Below, piece by piece: positions 27,905 through 38,739 of a DNA stretch of 64,000 nucleotides. The notes under the pieces were generated by a model. That model made no database searches. It worked only from the letters and a program-made list of their open reading frames with translations, and was not told the origin of the DNA. This DNA is from Methanobacteriota archaeon (GTDB lineage Archaea > JAADCQ01 > Methanopyri > Methanopyrales > Methanopyraceae): positions 1 to 64,000 of the forward strand of contig JAMOPO010000003.1 in assembly GCA_027064425.1 (NCBI GenBank), written 5' to 3'. How positions within the stretch are numbered: the first letter of the stretch is position 1; the number at the start of each line of letters is the position of its first letter. Position numbers and translations under genes: made by a program.

Positions 27905-28757
27905 ACGGCTCGTAGCCGGCCGCCCAGATCAGGGCCCGAACGAAGAACTTCCACGCCCCGATCCGCTCCGTGAGCTCCGGGTGCACGCCGAACAGCACGA
28001 ACCGACCCCTTGGAACCCACTTGTCGCCCCGCCTGAGGTAGTACCGGCCGAGGACGATGGCCCATCCCTCGACCGTGCTGAGGTACCTGCCAACGCCCTC
28101 CACCTCGACCTTGACCTCGCGGCCGTTGATCGTGGCGGTTTTGTACCACTCCCTTTCGGACACGATGACCGACCCGGCCTCCGGGCCGAGCCCCGGCCCG
28201 TTGGCGTACGAGTACTGGAACACGCGCCCCCACGTGTTCGGCGGCGTCATCGGGTTCTCGTACAGCAGCACGGGTACCTCGCCCTCGCCCTTGTTCCCGT
28301 CGATGGCCGTCACCCCATCGAAGAACACGTCCTCACCGATGGCACCCTTCGTCGTGACGCCCGCGTGCAGGTAGGCGCCCGCGCAGACGCCCACGTAGCC
28401 GATGCCCAGGTCGATCTGCGCGTGATACAGCGCGCTGACCCAGTCGAAGTCCCAGTGCCACTCCGGGTGGTACCCGCCGGGCACGTAGATCACGTCGATC
28501 CTGCGTCCCGTACACGGGTCGCGGCCCGTCTCCAGAACGTACTGCCAGTCAGCGCTCGAGTAATAAGGGATGACCTCGACCAGGAACTCGCGGGCCTCGG
28601 GCAGCTGGTTCCAGTAACTGACGGCCTTAAGGGACCGCTCGACGCAGTTCTCTGAGGCGCCCTCCCCCGCCCACATGGCCACCGTGATGGTGACGCCGGC
28701 CGCGCCGGTGGCCAGAGTGAGGGCGGCCACCAGCGTGACGAGTACCGCCACCCTCAT
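27810..28757 (-). CDS. Exported class I glutamine amidotransferase-like (BPL_N-type) protein
   Basis: Signal peptide, YVPGG, YVGVCAGAY nucleophile elbow, YANGP, GVHPE. Confidence 0.75.
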   Translation of the reverse strand: MRVAVLVTLVAALTLATGAAGVTITVAMWAGEGASENCVERSLKAVSYWNQLPEAREFLVEVIPYYSSADWQYVLETGRDPCTGRRIDVIYVPGGYHPEWHWDFDWVSALYHAQIDLGIGYVGVCAGAYLHAGVTTKGAIGEDVFFDGVTAIDGNKGEGEVPVLLYENPMTPPNTWGRVFQYSYANGPGLGPEAGSVIVSEREWYKTATINGREVKVEVEGVGRYLSTVEGWAIVLGRYYLRRGDKWVPRGRFVLFGVHPELTERIGAWKFFVRALIWAAGYEPFRRGGGGEGGGGAPVIAPTPLPRSRRSPRAS

Positions 28758-28800
28758 CGGACCGCCCCGCCGCGCAGTAGGTGGGAGGGGATGAATAAGG

Positions 28801-30222
28801 TTGAGGACGATCGTTGCGGAGCTTGCGGGCAGACTGGCCCTTCACCTCGTCAAGCTCGGACCGGGTATGGGTCGGAGCTTCCCGGGCTGGCTGACCATCA
28901 AGCTCGGCGGGCTTGAGGCGGTCAGGAGGTTGGCCCAGAGACCCCGTCACGGCGTCGTCCTGATCACCGGCACGAACGGGAAGACGACCACCACCCGGCT
29001 GGTCTGCGAGCTCCTCTCCCGGGACGCGGAGGCCTCCTGCAACTACGACAGCAACACGATCAACGCCGTCGCGACGGGTCTCCTCCGGGGGCGCTCCGCG
29101 GACGTCGTGGTGACCGAGTACGGCATCCGGAGCCGGGAGTACGGGATCCCAGACGTCGTGTGCGAGACCGTCGACCCCACGGCCGTGGCGTACACGACCA
29201 TCTCGAAGGAGCACTACAAGGAGAACGCGGACAAGGAGGACCCGTTCGGAGCCTACTTCGAGGCCAAGCGCCTCCTGGCCAGGCCACTGCGCGACGGGGC
29301 GCTGGTGCTTAACGCCGACGATCCGCGGGTGACTTACATCCGGGAGGAGAAGCGCGGCGACCCCGTGGAGTACACCTTTTACGGGCTGGAGGTGGACCTC
29401 CGAGACAGAACGGCCCCCACGGAGGAGCTGGAGTGCCCCGCCTGCGGCGGCGAGCTGGAGTACGAGGTCCGGTACTTCAACCACAAGGGACGGTACGAGT
29501 GCCCCTCCTGCGGGTTCTCCCGGCCTGAACCCGACGTGCGCGTGGTCGAGCTGAAGGGGGGCCCGGAGGAGTGGAGGGTTGAGGTCGAGTTCGAGGTCAC
29601 CAACGTGGTGGCGGACGAGGAGCTCGAGGGCCGAGCGTCCTACCGGCTGCCGCTGCCCGGGCTCCACAACGTGTACAACAGCCTCTGCGCGGTGGCCCTG
29701 TACCTGACCGTGACCCCGCAGCCCGACGGCGTCGAGCGGACCATTAGGGGGGTGATGGAGGGGCTCGACCCCGCGGAGTTCATCCCGCCGGGCAGGTTCG
29801 AGGTGCTGACGGTCGACGGCCGTCGGGTCGGCGTGGGTCAGGGGGATAATGGGGACGCGTTCAAAGCCAACGCCAACCTGATGCTGGAGGAGGCCGGCGA
29901 GGTGAGCACCTGCGTTTACACGACTCCGGACGCGGGGGAGCGCCCCATCTTCGAGATGCACCGCCGGATCCTGCGCGAGCTCGACCCGGAGGAGGTCCAC
30001 GTCTTCCCGGGTCGCGAGTCCGTGCGGGCGGCCCGGGAGTACTGCAGGGCACTGTCGGAGGAGTTCGACGTGGAGTTCCACGACATCCCGCACGACCGCA
30101 TGAAGGAAAAGGTGGAGGCGCTCGCCGAGGTCTGCCTGGAATCCCCGGAGCCCGTCTTCGCCTCCGGGTGCGGTCCGGAGCACGAGATGTGGGAGGCGCT
30201 GAAGCGGCGACTCCGGGGTTAG
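28801..30222 (+). CDS. MurT-like Mur ligase (pseudomurein-related)
   Basis: ITGTNGKTTT, LNADDP, CPACG...CPSCG Zn finger, GLHNVYN, GRFE. Confidence 0.8.
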   Translation: MRTIVAELAGRLALHLVKLGPGMGRSFPGWLTIKLGGLEAVRRLAQRPRHGVVLITGTNGKTTTTRLVCELLSRDAEASCNYDSNTINAVATGLLRGRSADVVVTEYGIRSREYGIPDVVCETVDPTAVAYTTISKEHYKENADKEDPFGAYFEAKRLLARPLRDGALVLNADDPRVTYIREEKRGDPVEYTFYGLEVDLRDRTAPTEELECPACGGELEYEVRYFNHKGRYECPSCGFSRPEPDVRVVELKGGPEEWRVEVEFEVTNVVADEELEGRASYRLPLPGLHNVYNSLCAVALYLTVTPQPDGVERTIRGVMEGLDPAEFIPPGRFEVLTVDGRRVGVGQGDNGDAFKANANLMLEEAGEVSTCVYTTPDAGERPIFEMHRRILRELDPEEVHVFPGRESVRAAREYCRALSEEFDVEFHDIPHDRMKEKVEALAEVCLESPEPVFASGCGPEHEMWEALKRRLRG

Positions 30223-30225
30223 TCG

Positions 30226-30993
30226 ATGAGGGCGCTGAGGGTGCTCAAGCTGGTCCTCTCCGCCCTCCCCATCCCCTACTTTGGACTGCTGCTCGCGGAG
30301 TACCAGTCCTTCCAGTCCGTCCTGGGCGATCCTTGGGGGCGGGCCGTCTACGTCAAGCTGCACAACCCCGACATCGCCCCGGGCACGCCCCACATGGTAA
30401 GGTTGGCCCGGTACGCCCGCGAGCACGGGTACCGGAAGATCATAGTGATCCACAACGCGGGCAAGGTAGGGTACAGCCACTTCTGGTGCGACGGCGTCCT
30501 GGTGATCCAACTGGCGTGGTACGACTACCGGACGGTCTTCGCGAGGCCGAACTGGAGCCTCATCTTCGAGGACATAACCCGCGGTCACCGGAACATGCTC
30601 GGGCAGTGGGTGGCCGACCGGCGGACCTTCGACAGCACGGATCAGGCGGTCAAGTACGTCCGATCCCTGGCCCGGTCGGTCCCGGGCCCCGCGATGGTCG
30701 TGTGGCACGGGTCGTGCCGGTGGGGCAACCCGCTTTGGAGACTGGGGTGCGGAGCGGAGCCCTTCTATTGGCTCCTCACGCGCTACGGGGGGCGCGTCCT
30801 GGCCATCACCACCATGATTCTCGGGAACTTCGCTCCGCTCGCGTTCTACGGTCAGGACGCGTGGGCCGAGCTGAAGAACCACCGGAAGATCCAGGAACTG
30901 TATAACTCGGGCTACCTGAACACGCACGCCATCGACCCGCACCTGCGGGAGGTACCGCCACCCAGCGGCCTGCCTCGGGGTGCCTTCGAGTGA
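30226..30993 (+). CDS. Membrane-anchored hypothetical protein
   Basis: N-terminal TM; in an operon with its neighbours. Confidence 0.7.
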   Translation: MRALRVLKLVLSALPIPYFGLLLAEYQSFQSVLGDPWGRAVYVKLHNPDIAPGTPHMVRLARYAREHGYRKIIVIHNAGKVGYSHFWCDGVLVIQLAWYDYRTVFARPNWSLIFEDITRGHRNMLGQWVADRRTFDSTDQAVKYVRSLARSVPGPAMVVWHGSCRWGNPLWRLGCGAEPFYWLLTRYGGRVLAITTMILGNFAPLAFYGQDAWAELKNHRKIQELYNSGYLNTHAIDPHLREVPPPSGLPRGAFE

Positions 30994-32018
30994 TGGAGAT
31001 CGACGCGCTCCGAGACTACCACGAGATCGAGCGCGACCGGCTCTCGGCCCGTTACCTCGTGGCCAAGTCCGTGGAGGTCGAGTCGCTAGAGGGCGACCTG
31101 GACGAGCTGTGGAAGGAGCACGACGAGGCCATGGAGGAGTTCCGGGCCCGGTGGGAGGAGCGTCCGGCCCCCTCGGAGGTCGAGCCCGCGAGTCCGAACC
31201 TGCTGGAGCTGAAGGCCACCATCGCCCGACGCCTGCTGGAGCGGTGCATCTTCTGCGAGCGGCGGTGCGAGGTGGACCGGAGGAGGGAGGAGGGCTTCTG
31301 CCGGGTCCCGCCCAAGCCTCGCATCTCCTCCGAGTTCCTGCACATGGGAGAGGAGCGGGTGCTGGTTCCGTCACACACGATCTTCTTCTGCGGGTGCACG
31401 TTCAGGTGCGTCTACTGCCAGAACTGGGACATCGCGTTCAACCCGAAGAACGGGGTCAAGGTGGATCCGGAGGGACTGGCCCGAGTCATCCGACACCGGC
31501 GCTCCGAGGGGGCCAGGAACGTCAACTGGGTGGGAGGCGACCCCACCCCGAACCTGCACTACATCCTCCGCGTGCTGACCGTCCTGGACGTGAACGTGCC
31601 GCAGGTCTGGAACTCGAACATGTACCTCACGGAAGAGGCTATGAAGCTCCTGGACGGAGTTGTTGACGTCTACCTGACCGACTTCAAGTACGGCCGAGAT
31701 GAGTGCGCCGAGAAGTACTCGAGCGCGCCGAACTACTGGGAGATCGCGACCCGCAACCACCTGGAGGCCCACCGGCAGTGCGAGCTGATCATCCGCCACC
31801 TGGTCCTGCCCGGACACGTCGAGTGCTGCACCTACCGGATCCTGGAGTGGATCGCGGAGAACCTGGGCACGGACACGCCCCTCAACGTGATGCCACAGTA
31901 CCGGCCCGAGCACCGGGCGCACGAGTACCCAGAGATCAACCGGCGCCCCTCGGCGGAAGAACTAGAGGACGCGTGGGGGAAGGCGAGGGAGCTGGGGTTC
32001 GAGCACTACCGGCTCTAG
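30990..32018 (+). CDS. PflX-like radical SAM protein
   Basis: [38 protein letters not shown]. Confidence 0.88.
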   Translation: MMEIDALRDYHEIERDRLSARYLVAKSVEVESLEGDLDELWKEHDEAMEEFRARWEERPAPSEVEPASPNLLELKATIARRLLERCIFCERRCEVDRRREEGFCRVPPKPRISSEFLHMGEERVLVPSHTIFFCGCTFRCVYCQNWDIAFNPKNGVKVDPEGLARVIRHRRSEGARNVNWVGGDPTPNLHYILRVLTVLDVNVPQVWNSNMYLTEEAMKLLDGVVDVYLTDFKYGRDECAEKYSSAPNYWEIATRNHLEAHRQCELIIRHLVLPGHVECCTYRILEWIAENLGTDTPLNVMPQYRPEHRAHEYPEINRRPSAEELEDAWGKARELGFEHYRL

Positions 32019-32932
32019 AGCTGCTCGTGCACCTTGCCCGGCTCCGGCAGGCCCAGCTCCTTCCGCTCCTCGATCTCCTTCTGGTTCTTGCTCTTCTTGG
32101 CTTGAGCCAGCTTCTCGACCAGGCCCAGCCCCGGCTTGACCTCCTCGATGCTCTTCACCTCCAGCAGGCCCTGCTCCACCATCTCGTTGAGCAGCTCCAG
32201 CGCCTTCTCCGTCCGGACAATCACCGTGCTCCAGCCGTCCGGCGAGCCCACGGAGCCCGCGGTCAGGTCGGAGAGCTCGGCGCAGTAGTCGGTGCACACG
32301 TGGCACGGCTCGCCCTCGAACGGGTGCGTCTCGTCGATCGGGATGGTCTTCACCTCGCCGTCGTCCGTGTACACCCAGAACTTGCCCTTACCGATGTCCA
32401 TCTTGGCGACCTCGCGCATCCACACGCCGCACAGCTGCTCCACCATCGTCTTGAGTCCCTCGTACGGGAAGTTCTCCATGCAGATGATACCGATCAGCAG
32501 CTCGATCTTATCGGGCACGTGCCGCATTCCTACCGGCAGCAGCTGCGCCTTTCGGACCGCCCGGATCTGGCAGGGCGTGCCGACCATCGCGACGCGCTCG
32601 CAGCCGTACCGCCGCACCGCCTCCTTCAGGACGCTCACGTTAGGACAGTACGTGTACTTGGTGCCGGCCGCCTCCAGCACCTCGTCCGGGTCCGTGATGA
32701 CCACCGGCCGTGGCTTCCACGGCTCCTCCGGATCGTCCGGGTCCGTCACGGAGGCGATCACGCCGTCGAACTTGCCCTCCTCCAGCCCGTAAATCATGAC
32801 CGCCGAGACGATGCCACCGTCCTGGGCCGCCTTCAGGATCCGCCGCTCGGTCGACCGGGCCGTGAACACGCCCAGGTGCTCGCCCAGCAGCTCCTCGTCA
32901 CCCTTCACCATGACCTCCTCCAGCTCGCTCAC
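32015..32932 (-). CDS. fruB: F420-reducing hydrogenase beta subunit
   Basis: [44 protein letters not shown]. Confidence 0.93.
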   Translation of the reverse strand: MSELEEVMVKGDEELLGEHLGVFTARSTERRILKAAQDGGIVSAVMIYGLEEGKFDGVIASVTDPDDPEEPWKPRPVVITDPDEVLEAAGTKYTYCPNVSVLKEAVRRYGCERVAMVGTPCQIRAVRKAQLLPVGMRHVPDKIELLIGIICMENFPYEGLKTMVEQLCGVWMREVAKMDIGKGKFWVYTDDGEVKTIPIDETHPFEGEPCHVCTDYCAELSDLTAGSVGSPDGWSTVIVRTEKALELLNEMVEQGLLEVKSIEEVKPGLGLVEKLAQAKKSKNQKEIEERKELGLPEPGKVHEQL

Positions 32933-33636
32933 TCCTCCTCACCCCCCATCACGAGCTCCTTGATCGCCTCGTCACCCGGCCAGATCGTCCGCGGGCACTG
33001 CGTGAAGCAGGCGCCGCACTTGATGCACCGGTCCTCGTTAACCACAGGTCGCCCGTCCACGACCTCGATCGCCCGGGTCGGGCACGCCGCCGCGCACGTG
33101 CCGCATCCCATGCACATGTTCTTGTTCACAACGTGATACATCAGGTCGCAGCCGCAGTACTCCGTCTTACCCTCAGCCAGCTTGGCGAAGGGCTCCAGCA
33201 GCTCCGTCTTGCCCTCCAGCAGCAGCGTCAGGAACCGCTCGATCGCCTCCGGGGCCGGCGGGCACCCAGGGACCGCGTAGTCCACGTCCACCACCTCCGT
33301 CAGCGGCACGAACGCCTCGTGCGTGGGAGCGGACTGCTCGTTGCCCCGCGAGTACCGCATGAAGTTCCCCGTCGACGCGCAGGCACCGAGCGCCACGATG
33401 GTCTCGGCCTTCTCCTCCAGCTCCCGCGCCTCCTCCACGCACTCCTCATGGTTCAGGCACACGGCGCCCTCCACCAGCACGACGTCGCACTCGGGCACCT
33501 CCCGCTCGTCCATCAGCGTCTGACAGTAGACCAGCTCCACCTCGTCCAGAATGTCCAGCAGCCGCTCGTACGTGTCGGCCAGCGAGACCAGACATCCGCA
33601 GCACCCGGCCAGCTGCACGTACGCGAGCCGGACCAA
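32929..33636 (-). CDS. fruG: F420-reducing hydrogenase gamma subunit
   Basis: LAGCCGC, VEGAV, GACA, PGCPP and two ferredoxin motifs; TTG start after GGGGTG. Confidence 0.93.
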   Translation of the reverse strand: MVRLAYVQLAGCCGCLVSLADTYERLLDILDEVELVYCQTLMDEREVPECDVVLVEGAVCLNHEECVEEARELEEKAETIVALGACASTGNFMRYSRGNEQSAPTHEAFVPLTEVVDVDYAVPGCPPAPEAIERFLTLLLEGKTELLEPFAKLAEGKTEYCGCDLMYHVVNKNMCMGCGTCAAACPTRAIEVVDGRPVVNEDRCIKCGACFTQCPRTIWPGDEAIKELVMGGEEE

Positions 33637-33767
33637 CGGCGCACCCCCTAGGACGGGTGTCAAGGGTGCGGCGGGGGACGACGGTAAAGGGAGTGAACGG
33701 GACGAAGGATGGGTGAAGGGTGGGAAGGGTGCGAGGGAGGCGACGGCCCCCGCGTAGGGGGCCGGTC

Positions 33768-33804
33768 CCGCCGCGGGTCCCCCTTTCGGGGTTCCCCGCG
33801 GCGG
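33768..33804 (-). promoter_or_regulatory. Archaeal SECIS element in the fruA 3' UTR
   Basis: CCGCCGCGGG-GAA-CCCC-GAAA-GGGG-GA-CCCGCGGCGG: a 10-bp GC stem with a GAA-containing internal loop, immediately after the true stop. Confidence 0.9.
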
Positions 33805-35058
33805 TCATCCCCGGAGGAGGTTGATTCGGGACTCACTCAGCTTCTCTCCGGAATCAGCATCCCGGACCTCCTTGACCACGTGAGCGGCGCACGAGGCTCA
33901 TATGTCGTAACAACGCATGATGACCTCGGCGTAGTCCTGATGCTCGCCCTCGATCGCCTTCTCTACCACCGGGAAGTTCCACGTGGACGCCGCGATGATG
34001 CGGTAGTCCTCGACGATCCCCTTCTCGTTGACCCTGGCGATGTGCACGTTCGTGCCTCGCGGCGCCTCGTGAACGCCCACGCCCGTGCCGGCCCTCGGCT
34101 CCCACTCCGCGAGCGTCTTACCGCTCGTGTTGAGCTCCTCCAGGATGTTCAGGCACCGGTCGATGGCCGCTAGCGTCTCCTGCGACCTCAGGATGTGAAT
34201 GTACAGGACGCCTCGCGGATCGACGCCGTCGAACACCACGTACCGGGACCGCGGCCCCACCTCGACCGGGACGCCGTCGTACAGCGGGATCTGGCCGTTG
34301 TGCTCGTACGCCTCCTCCTTGTGCTCCTCACCGTAGTACTCAATCGGCAGGACCTCGACTACACGGTCCAGGTCCAGCCGGTCCGGGTCACCGTACGTCG
34401 GGTGCGTGGCCAGGAACGGCTGGTCGTGTCGGCCGAACTCGTCCATGTCCAGGTCGTTCTCCTCCGCGAACCGCTCCACAACCTCCTTCATGAACTCGTG
34501 CTGCTCCTCCATCAGCTCCCGGGCCTCACGCAGCCGTCGGTAGAGCCGCTTCCGGGCGCTCTCCGAGATGTTCTCCGCCATGCCGCCGATCCGGATGTTC
34601 GGTGGGTGGATGCCCTCGCCGCCCACCACGTCCACCACGTACTGGCCGATCTTGCGGATCTGCTGGATCCGCTTGACCGCCTCCACCTTCTCCTTCTCGT
34701 CCTCCACGAAGTCATCCAGCACCAGCAGCTGGTGCAGCACGTGGGACTGGATCCGGTTACCCAGCGCGCAGAGCTCCCGGAGCAGCCGCCCGTCCCGCGG
34801 CGGCTCGATGCCCATGGCCCGCTCGAAGGCCTCGGCGGACGCGGTGCCGTGCGTGGCCTGGCAGATGCCGCAGATTCGCATCACCGCCACCTGCACGAAC
34901 TCCGCGGGCCGCCCCTTCGCCATCGCCTCGAAGCCACGGATCGCCGACGTGTTCAGGTAGAACGCGCGCTCCACGTACCCCTCGTCGTCCACGTACAGCA
35001 CGAGCTTAGCGTGTCCCTCGTGCCTCGTGGTGGGCTGTATCTCCGCACGCTCCGACAC
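33805..35058 (-). CDS. fruA: [NiFeSe] F420-reducing hydrogenase alpha subunit (selenoprotein)
   Basis: TRHEGH, RICGIC; in-frame TGA at 33898-33900 gives YDI-U-ASCAAH plus a 24-aa tail; SECIS follows; GTG start after GGGGGTGA. Confidence 0.95.
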
Positions 35059-35172
35059 CTTCTCACCCCCTGTTCCCGGCCGGGCCGGTGGACGGAGATT
35101 AATGTAAAAGCGGCAAGGTTCGGTCCGAGCGTGAAAGGAGGCACCACTCAACCGCGACCGGGTGCTCCGGGC

Positions 35173-36729
35173 TTGACCGAGCGCGTCCTGGTCGTTGACG
35201 CGCTGGGGGCCGGTTCGGGGCGCAGGGTCCGGTCCCGAGACGTGATAGGCGTCGGACCCCGGCTCGTCGCGTCGGTACTGAGGGAGCACGGTTACGAGGT
35301 GGAGCTCGCGGAGTTCGAGCGGCTGAAGGAGGGTGGGGAGTACGACTGCGTAGGCGTCAGCGTGATGACCGGGGACGAGCGCGCCGCCCGCCGAGTCTTC
35401 GAGCGCCACCCGGACTCCTTCAAGTTCCTCGGCGGTCCCGGGGCCGCGGACCCCAACGCCCTCCTCAAAACCCGGGCCGACGCGGCGATCGTAGGTGAGT
35501 GCGAGCGCACCCTACCCGAGCTCCTCGAGCGTCGCGAGCCCGTGAGGGGCGCCTACTGGCGGCGGGGCGACGACGTCGAGTTCCCTGGACCGAGGCCCAT
35601 CGTTCGGCGGCCGGCCTCCCCCGACCCTAGGTTCATTCGGGCCTACCCCACCCGGTGGGCGGCGCGCGTGTACGTCGAGGTGGTGCGCGGCTGCAGCAAC
35701 TCGCACCGTACGACCCTCGAGCTGCCGGACGGGCGGAGGTGCGCCGACTGCGGCCGGTGCCGGGAGGGCGAGGGGGAAGAGCGGTGGGAGTGCCCGGAGG
35801 GAATCCCGCCCGGCTGCGGGTTCTGCTCCGTCCCCTCCCTGTTCGGCCCCTCCCGGTCCCGACCGCTGAGGGACATCGTCCGGGAGGTGCGCGGGCTCGT
35901 CAAGGAGGGCGTGAGGAGGATCGTCCTCAGCGCGTCGGACGTGCTGGACTACCGGCGGGGCGAGGAGCCCCTCACGGACCCCCGGCACCCTCCCCCGAAC
36001 CTCGACGCCCTGGAGCGGCTGCTTCGGCGCGTCTCCAAGCGGGCTGAGGTCGTGTTCGCGGAGAACGTGAAGGCATGCCTCGTGAACGAGGAGGTCGCGG
36101 AGCTCCTGGGCGAGTACTGCCGGGGCACCTCCGTGAGCGTGGGCGTGGAGACGGGGGACCCGGGACTCCTGCGGGCCGTCGGAAAGCCGTCCACGGTGAA
36201 GGAGGCCCTACGAGCCGTGAGGCTGCTCCGCCGGGCGGGCTTAAGGCCCCACGTCTACTTCGTGTACGGGCTCCCGGGCCAGACCCTGGCCTCGGCCCGG
36301 GCGACCGTCCGGGTGATGCGCCGCGCGGTCGAGCTCGGCGCGGAGAAGGTGACTGTGTACCGGTTCCGCCCGCTACCCGCCTCGGCCTTCGGCAACTTCC
36401 CGCCCGGGCCCAGCCCCCGCGAGAGCCGGGCGAGCAAGCTCATCGCGGACGCGGCGCGAGAGCTCAACACCCGGCTCAAGCGGCGGCTGGTTGGGGACGA
36501 AATCGAGGTCTTCGTGGCGGAGAGGGACCTGAAGAACCCGAAAAACGCCGTCGGCTGGCCGGTGCTCGGCGGGCCGAAGGTCCTGATCAAGGGTGGCTCG
36601 AAGCTGCTCGGCACGCGGTGCATGGTGCGCGTGGAGGGCGTTATCTCCGACAAGATGGTGGCGGGGAAGGTCAGGAAGGTGCTGGAAGAAGTGGACCTCG
36701 AGGCGCTGGAATCACGGGTACCTACGTAG
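35173..36729 (+). CDS. B12-binding-like radical SAM protein with a C-terminal TRAM-like domain
   Basis: EVVRGCSN...GCGFCSV, SRSRP, GVETG, YFVYGLPGQ; TTG 35173 chosen. Confidence 0.85.
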   Translation: MTERVLVVDALGAGSGRRVRSRDVIGVGPRLVASVLREHGYEVELAEFERLKEGGEYDCVGVSVMTGDERAARRVFERHPDSFKFLGGPGAADPNALLKTRADAAIVGECERTLPELLERREPVRGAYWRRGDDVEFPGPRPIVRRPASPDPRFIRAYPTRWAARVYVEVVRGCSNSHRTTLELPDGRRCADCGRCREGEGEERWECPEGIPPGCGFCSVPSLFGPSRSRPLRDIVREVRGLVKEGVRRIVLSASDVLDYRRGEEPLTDPRHPPPNLDALERLLRRVSKRAEVVFAENVKACLVNEEVAELLGEYCRGTSVSVGVETGDPGLLRAVGKPSTVKEALRAVRLLRRAGLRPHVYFVYGLPGQTLASARATVRVMRRAVELGAEKVTVYRFRPLPASAFGNFPPGPSPRESRASKLIADAARELNTRLKRRLVGDEIEVFVAERDLKNPKNAVGWPVLGGPKVLIKGGSKLLGTRCMVRVEGVISDKMVAGKVRKVLEEVDLEALESRVPT

Positions 36730-36874
36730 CGGGCTCGGGTACGTCGTGGACCAGCGAAGGAGCCACCACAGATGGCACGGACCCTTCCCGGGCCGACCCG
36801 GGCCGCCGCGCCAGCGACCCCGGCCACGCCACCTCATGTTAGGGTCCCCTAACGCCCGGCGCGCAGGGAAAACG

Positions 36875-37927
36875 TTAAGCGTTTCGGTCCTCGCCCGGCC
36901 CGGGCCGTGGTGAGAATTCCTTTAGCCGACGTAAGGATGAGGAGTACTCCCCAGGCCGAGCCGCCCACTCCGCAACCCTCGACTCTCCACCGTACTCCGA
37001 CACCTCCCTGATCACCTCCTCGTAGCTCACCCACCTCGACCTCCTCCCGCACCGGGGGCAGACCAACCTCACCCTCTCTGGGTTCTCACCCTGGAGCGTG
37101 GCGGGGTTCCCGCACTCCGGACACCGGAGGTGACGCACGAATCGGAACACGGGACACCCCGAGCCGCGCCTGCAGCGCGTGCACAGGTGGTACTCCCGGG
37201 CGCAGGGAACGTCCGCCTCCAGGCACGCGGTTAGGTCGACGCGCAGGCCGAAGTCCGGCTCCACCACGGCCGCGTCAACGTCCAGCTCGCGCACGAACCA
37301 GGGGTCGTAGGCGATCAAGTGGACGGGCACCACGACCTTGGGCCTCACGATGGTGCAAAGTCGCTCCAACCCGGGCCGGTCCAGGTGGCCCGGCACCCCC
37401 GAACACTCGGCCACCAGCACGTCCACTCCGGGTAGATCTCGACTCAGGAACACGTCCGGGTCCACGTCACCCGTGAACAGGACCCGATACCCGGCCACTT
37501 CGACGACGTAGGCCACCGCGCCGGGGCAGTGCCCCGTCTCAATGGTCTCGACCACGGGGTCGCACTTTGACGCCGGGCGCGGGCGGTACCCGAACCTGCG
37601 CTCGATCCTCCCGGCCGCGGTCGGGTGGGCGTACGCCTGACCGTACTCGCCCCCGTGTTTCGCGTGGTCCGTGTGGTGGTGCGTGATCAGCGTGTGTTCG
37701 GGATCGGGCTCACCGAACCGGCGGAACAGGCCGGGGGCTGACTTCACCCACTCGGGCAGGTCGGCCCACCCGGGGACGCGCCGCTCGTACCCCTCCCGCC
37801 ACCCACCGGGATCGAAGAGGATCTCGGTCCCGGCGCCTTTCAGCCCCACCACGGCTCCGGGCGTGGCCCCGAACAGCCGGACCGGGGACCACACGATCAG
37901 CTCGAGCCTACCACCTCCTCCACGCAT
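36875..37927 (-). CDS. Metallo-beta-lactamase fold hydrolase with C-terminal Zn ribbons
   Basis: THHHTDH, TGHCPG, FTGD, VPVH, and several CxxC pairs. Confidence 0.8.
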   Translation of the reverse strand: MRGGGGRLELIVWSPVRLFGATPGAVVGLKGAGTEILFDPGGWREGYERRVPGWADLPEWVKSAPGLFRRFGEPDPEHTLITHHHTDHAKHGGEYGQAYAHPTAAGRIERRFGYRPRPASKCDPVVETIETGHCPGAVAYVVEVAGYRVLFTGDVDPDVFLSRDLPGVDVLVAECSGVPGHLDRPGLERLCTIVRPKVVVPVHLIAYDPWFVRELDVDAAVVEPDFGLRVDLTACLEADVPCAREYHLCTRCRRGSGCPVFRFVRHLRCPECGNPATLQGENPERVRLVCPRCGRRSRWVSYEEVIREVSEYGGESRVAEWAARPGEYSSSLRRLKEFSPRPGPGEDRNA

Positions 37928-38739
37928 TCCGCAACCCTCACAACTTCCTCTGGAGTCAGATGCATCGGGCGCTTGCCCAGCAGGTCCTCGGGCAGCTTCT
38001 CGAGGACCTCCTTCACGACCTCGTCGTCGCCTCCCCACTCGTGAGCCGACAGCTTCAGCGCGTTGCGGACGGTCTTCCGACGGTGCTGGAACAGCCCCCG
38101 GCAGACGGCCTCCAGCACCTCGAGGTTCACGTCCGGGAGCTCGGACTCGGGCCGGGGCTCGAGCTTGACGATCGCCGAGTTCACTCGGGGCGGGGGCACG
38201 AAGGCTCGCCGTGGGACGGTGCGCAGGATGTCCACGCGGGCGAGTAAGCGCACCATCACGGTGAGCCGGCCGTACTGCCTGGTCCCGGGTTCGGCCGTCA
38301 TCCGCTCGGCGAACTCGCGCTGATAGGTGAGCACGGCGAGCTCCACGTCGGACTTAAGGATCTCAAAGGTGGCCTCCGAGGAGATCTGGTACGGGAGGTT
38401 GGCGACCACCTTGTTCGCGTCCTCGGGCACGCCGTGATCTAGGAAGTCCGCGTGCACCACCTCCAGGTTCTCGGCACCTCCCAGCTCTTCCCTCAGTATC
38501 TCGACCATGCGCTCGTCCAGCTCCACCGCCACGACGCGACCAGCGCGCTCAACCAGGTACCGGGTCAGCAGACCGGGGCCGGGCCCGATCTCCAGGACGG
38601 TATCCTGCGGGCCGACCTCCGCGGCCTCCACCATGAACTCAAGCAGCCGGTCGTCCACCATGAAGTGTTGCCCGAGCCTCCGGTTAGGTCGGAGTCCGTA
38701 CCGCCGCCTCAGGTACTCGAGATACTCAGCGCTTCTCAA
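37897..38739 (-). CDS. ksgA: 16S rRNA adenine dimethyltransferase
   Basis: [39 protein letters not shown]. Confidence 0.95.
   Translation of the reverse strand: MRSAEYLEYLRRRYGLRPNRRLGQHFMVDDRLLEFMVEAAEVGPQDTVLEIGPGPGLLTRYLVERAGRVVAVELDERMVEILREELGGAENLEVVHADFLDHGVPEDANKVVANLPYQISSEATFEILKSDVELAVLTYQREFAERMTAEPGTRQYGRLTVMVRLLARVDILRTVPRRAFVPPPRVNSAIVKLEPRPESELPDVNLEVLEAVCRGLFQHRRKTVRNALKLSAHEWGGDDEVVKEVLEKLPEDLLGKRPMHLTPEEVVRVAECVEEVVGSS

Noticed and set aside
28627-31374. 915-aa minus-strand ORF and similar long ORFs (1634-3040, 12742-14634, 58197-59621, 63198-63995)
   Set aside because: Antisense shadows of well-supported genes, typical of high-GC codon bias; no motifs
33898-33900. fruA as a truncated pseudogene
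   Set aside because: The TGA falls exactly at the Ni-ligand position and a SECIS follows
34195-35172. N-terminal extension of the 844-aa ORF, and likewise the extensions of 33898-35409, 50429-52618 and 9432-10688
   Set aside because: The extensions overlap real genes on the opposite strand; downstream starts match the domain boundaries
36838-36854. GTTA-N8-TAACG as a sixth copy of the 23-bp palindrome
   Set aside because: The spacer is 8 nt and the outer ATC/GAT arms are missing; better read as a local hairpin
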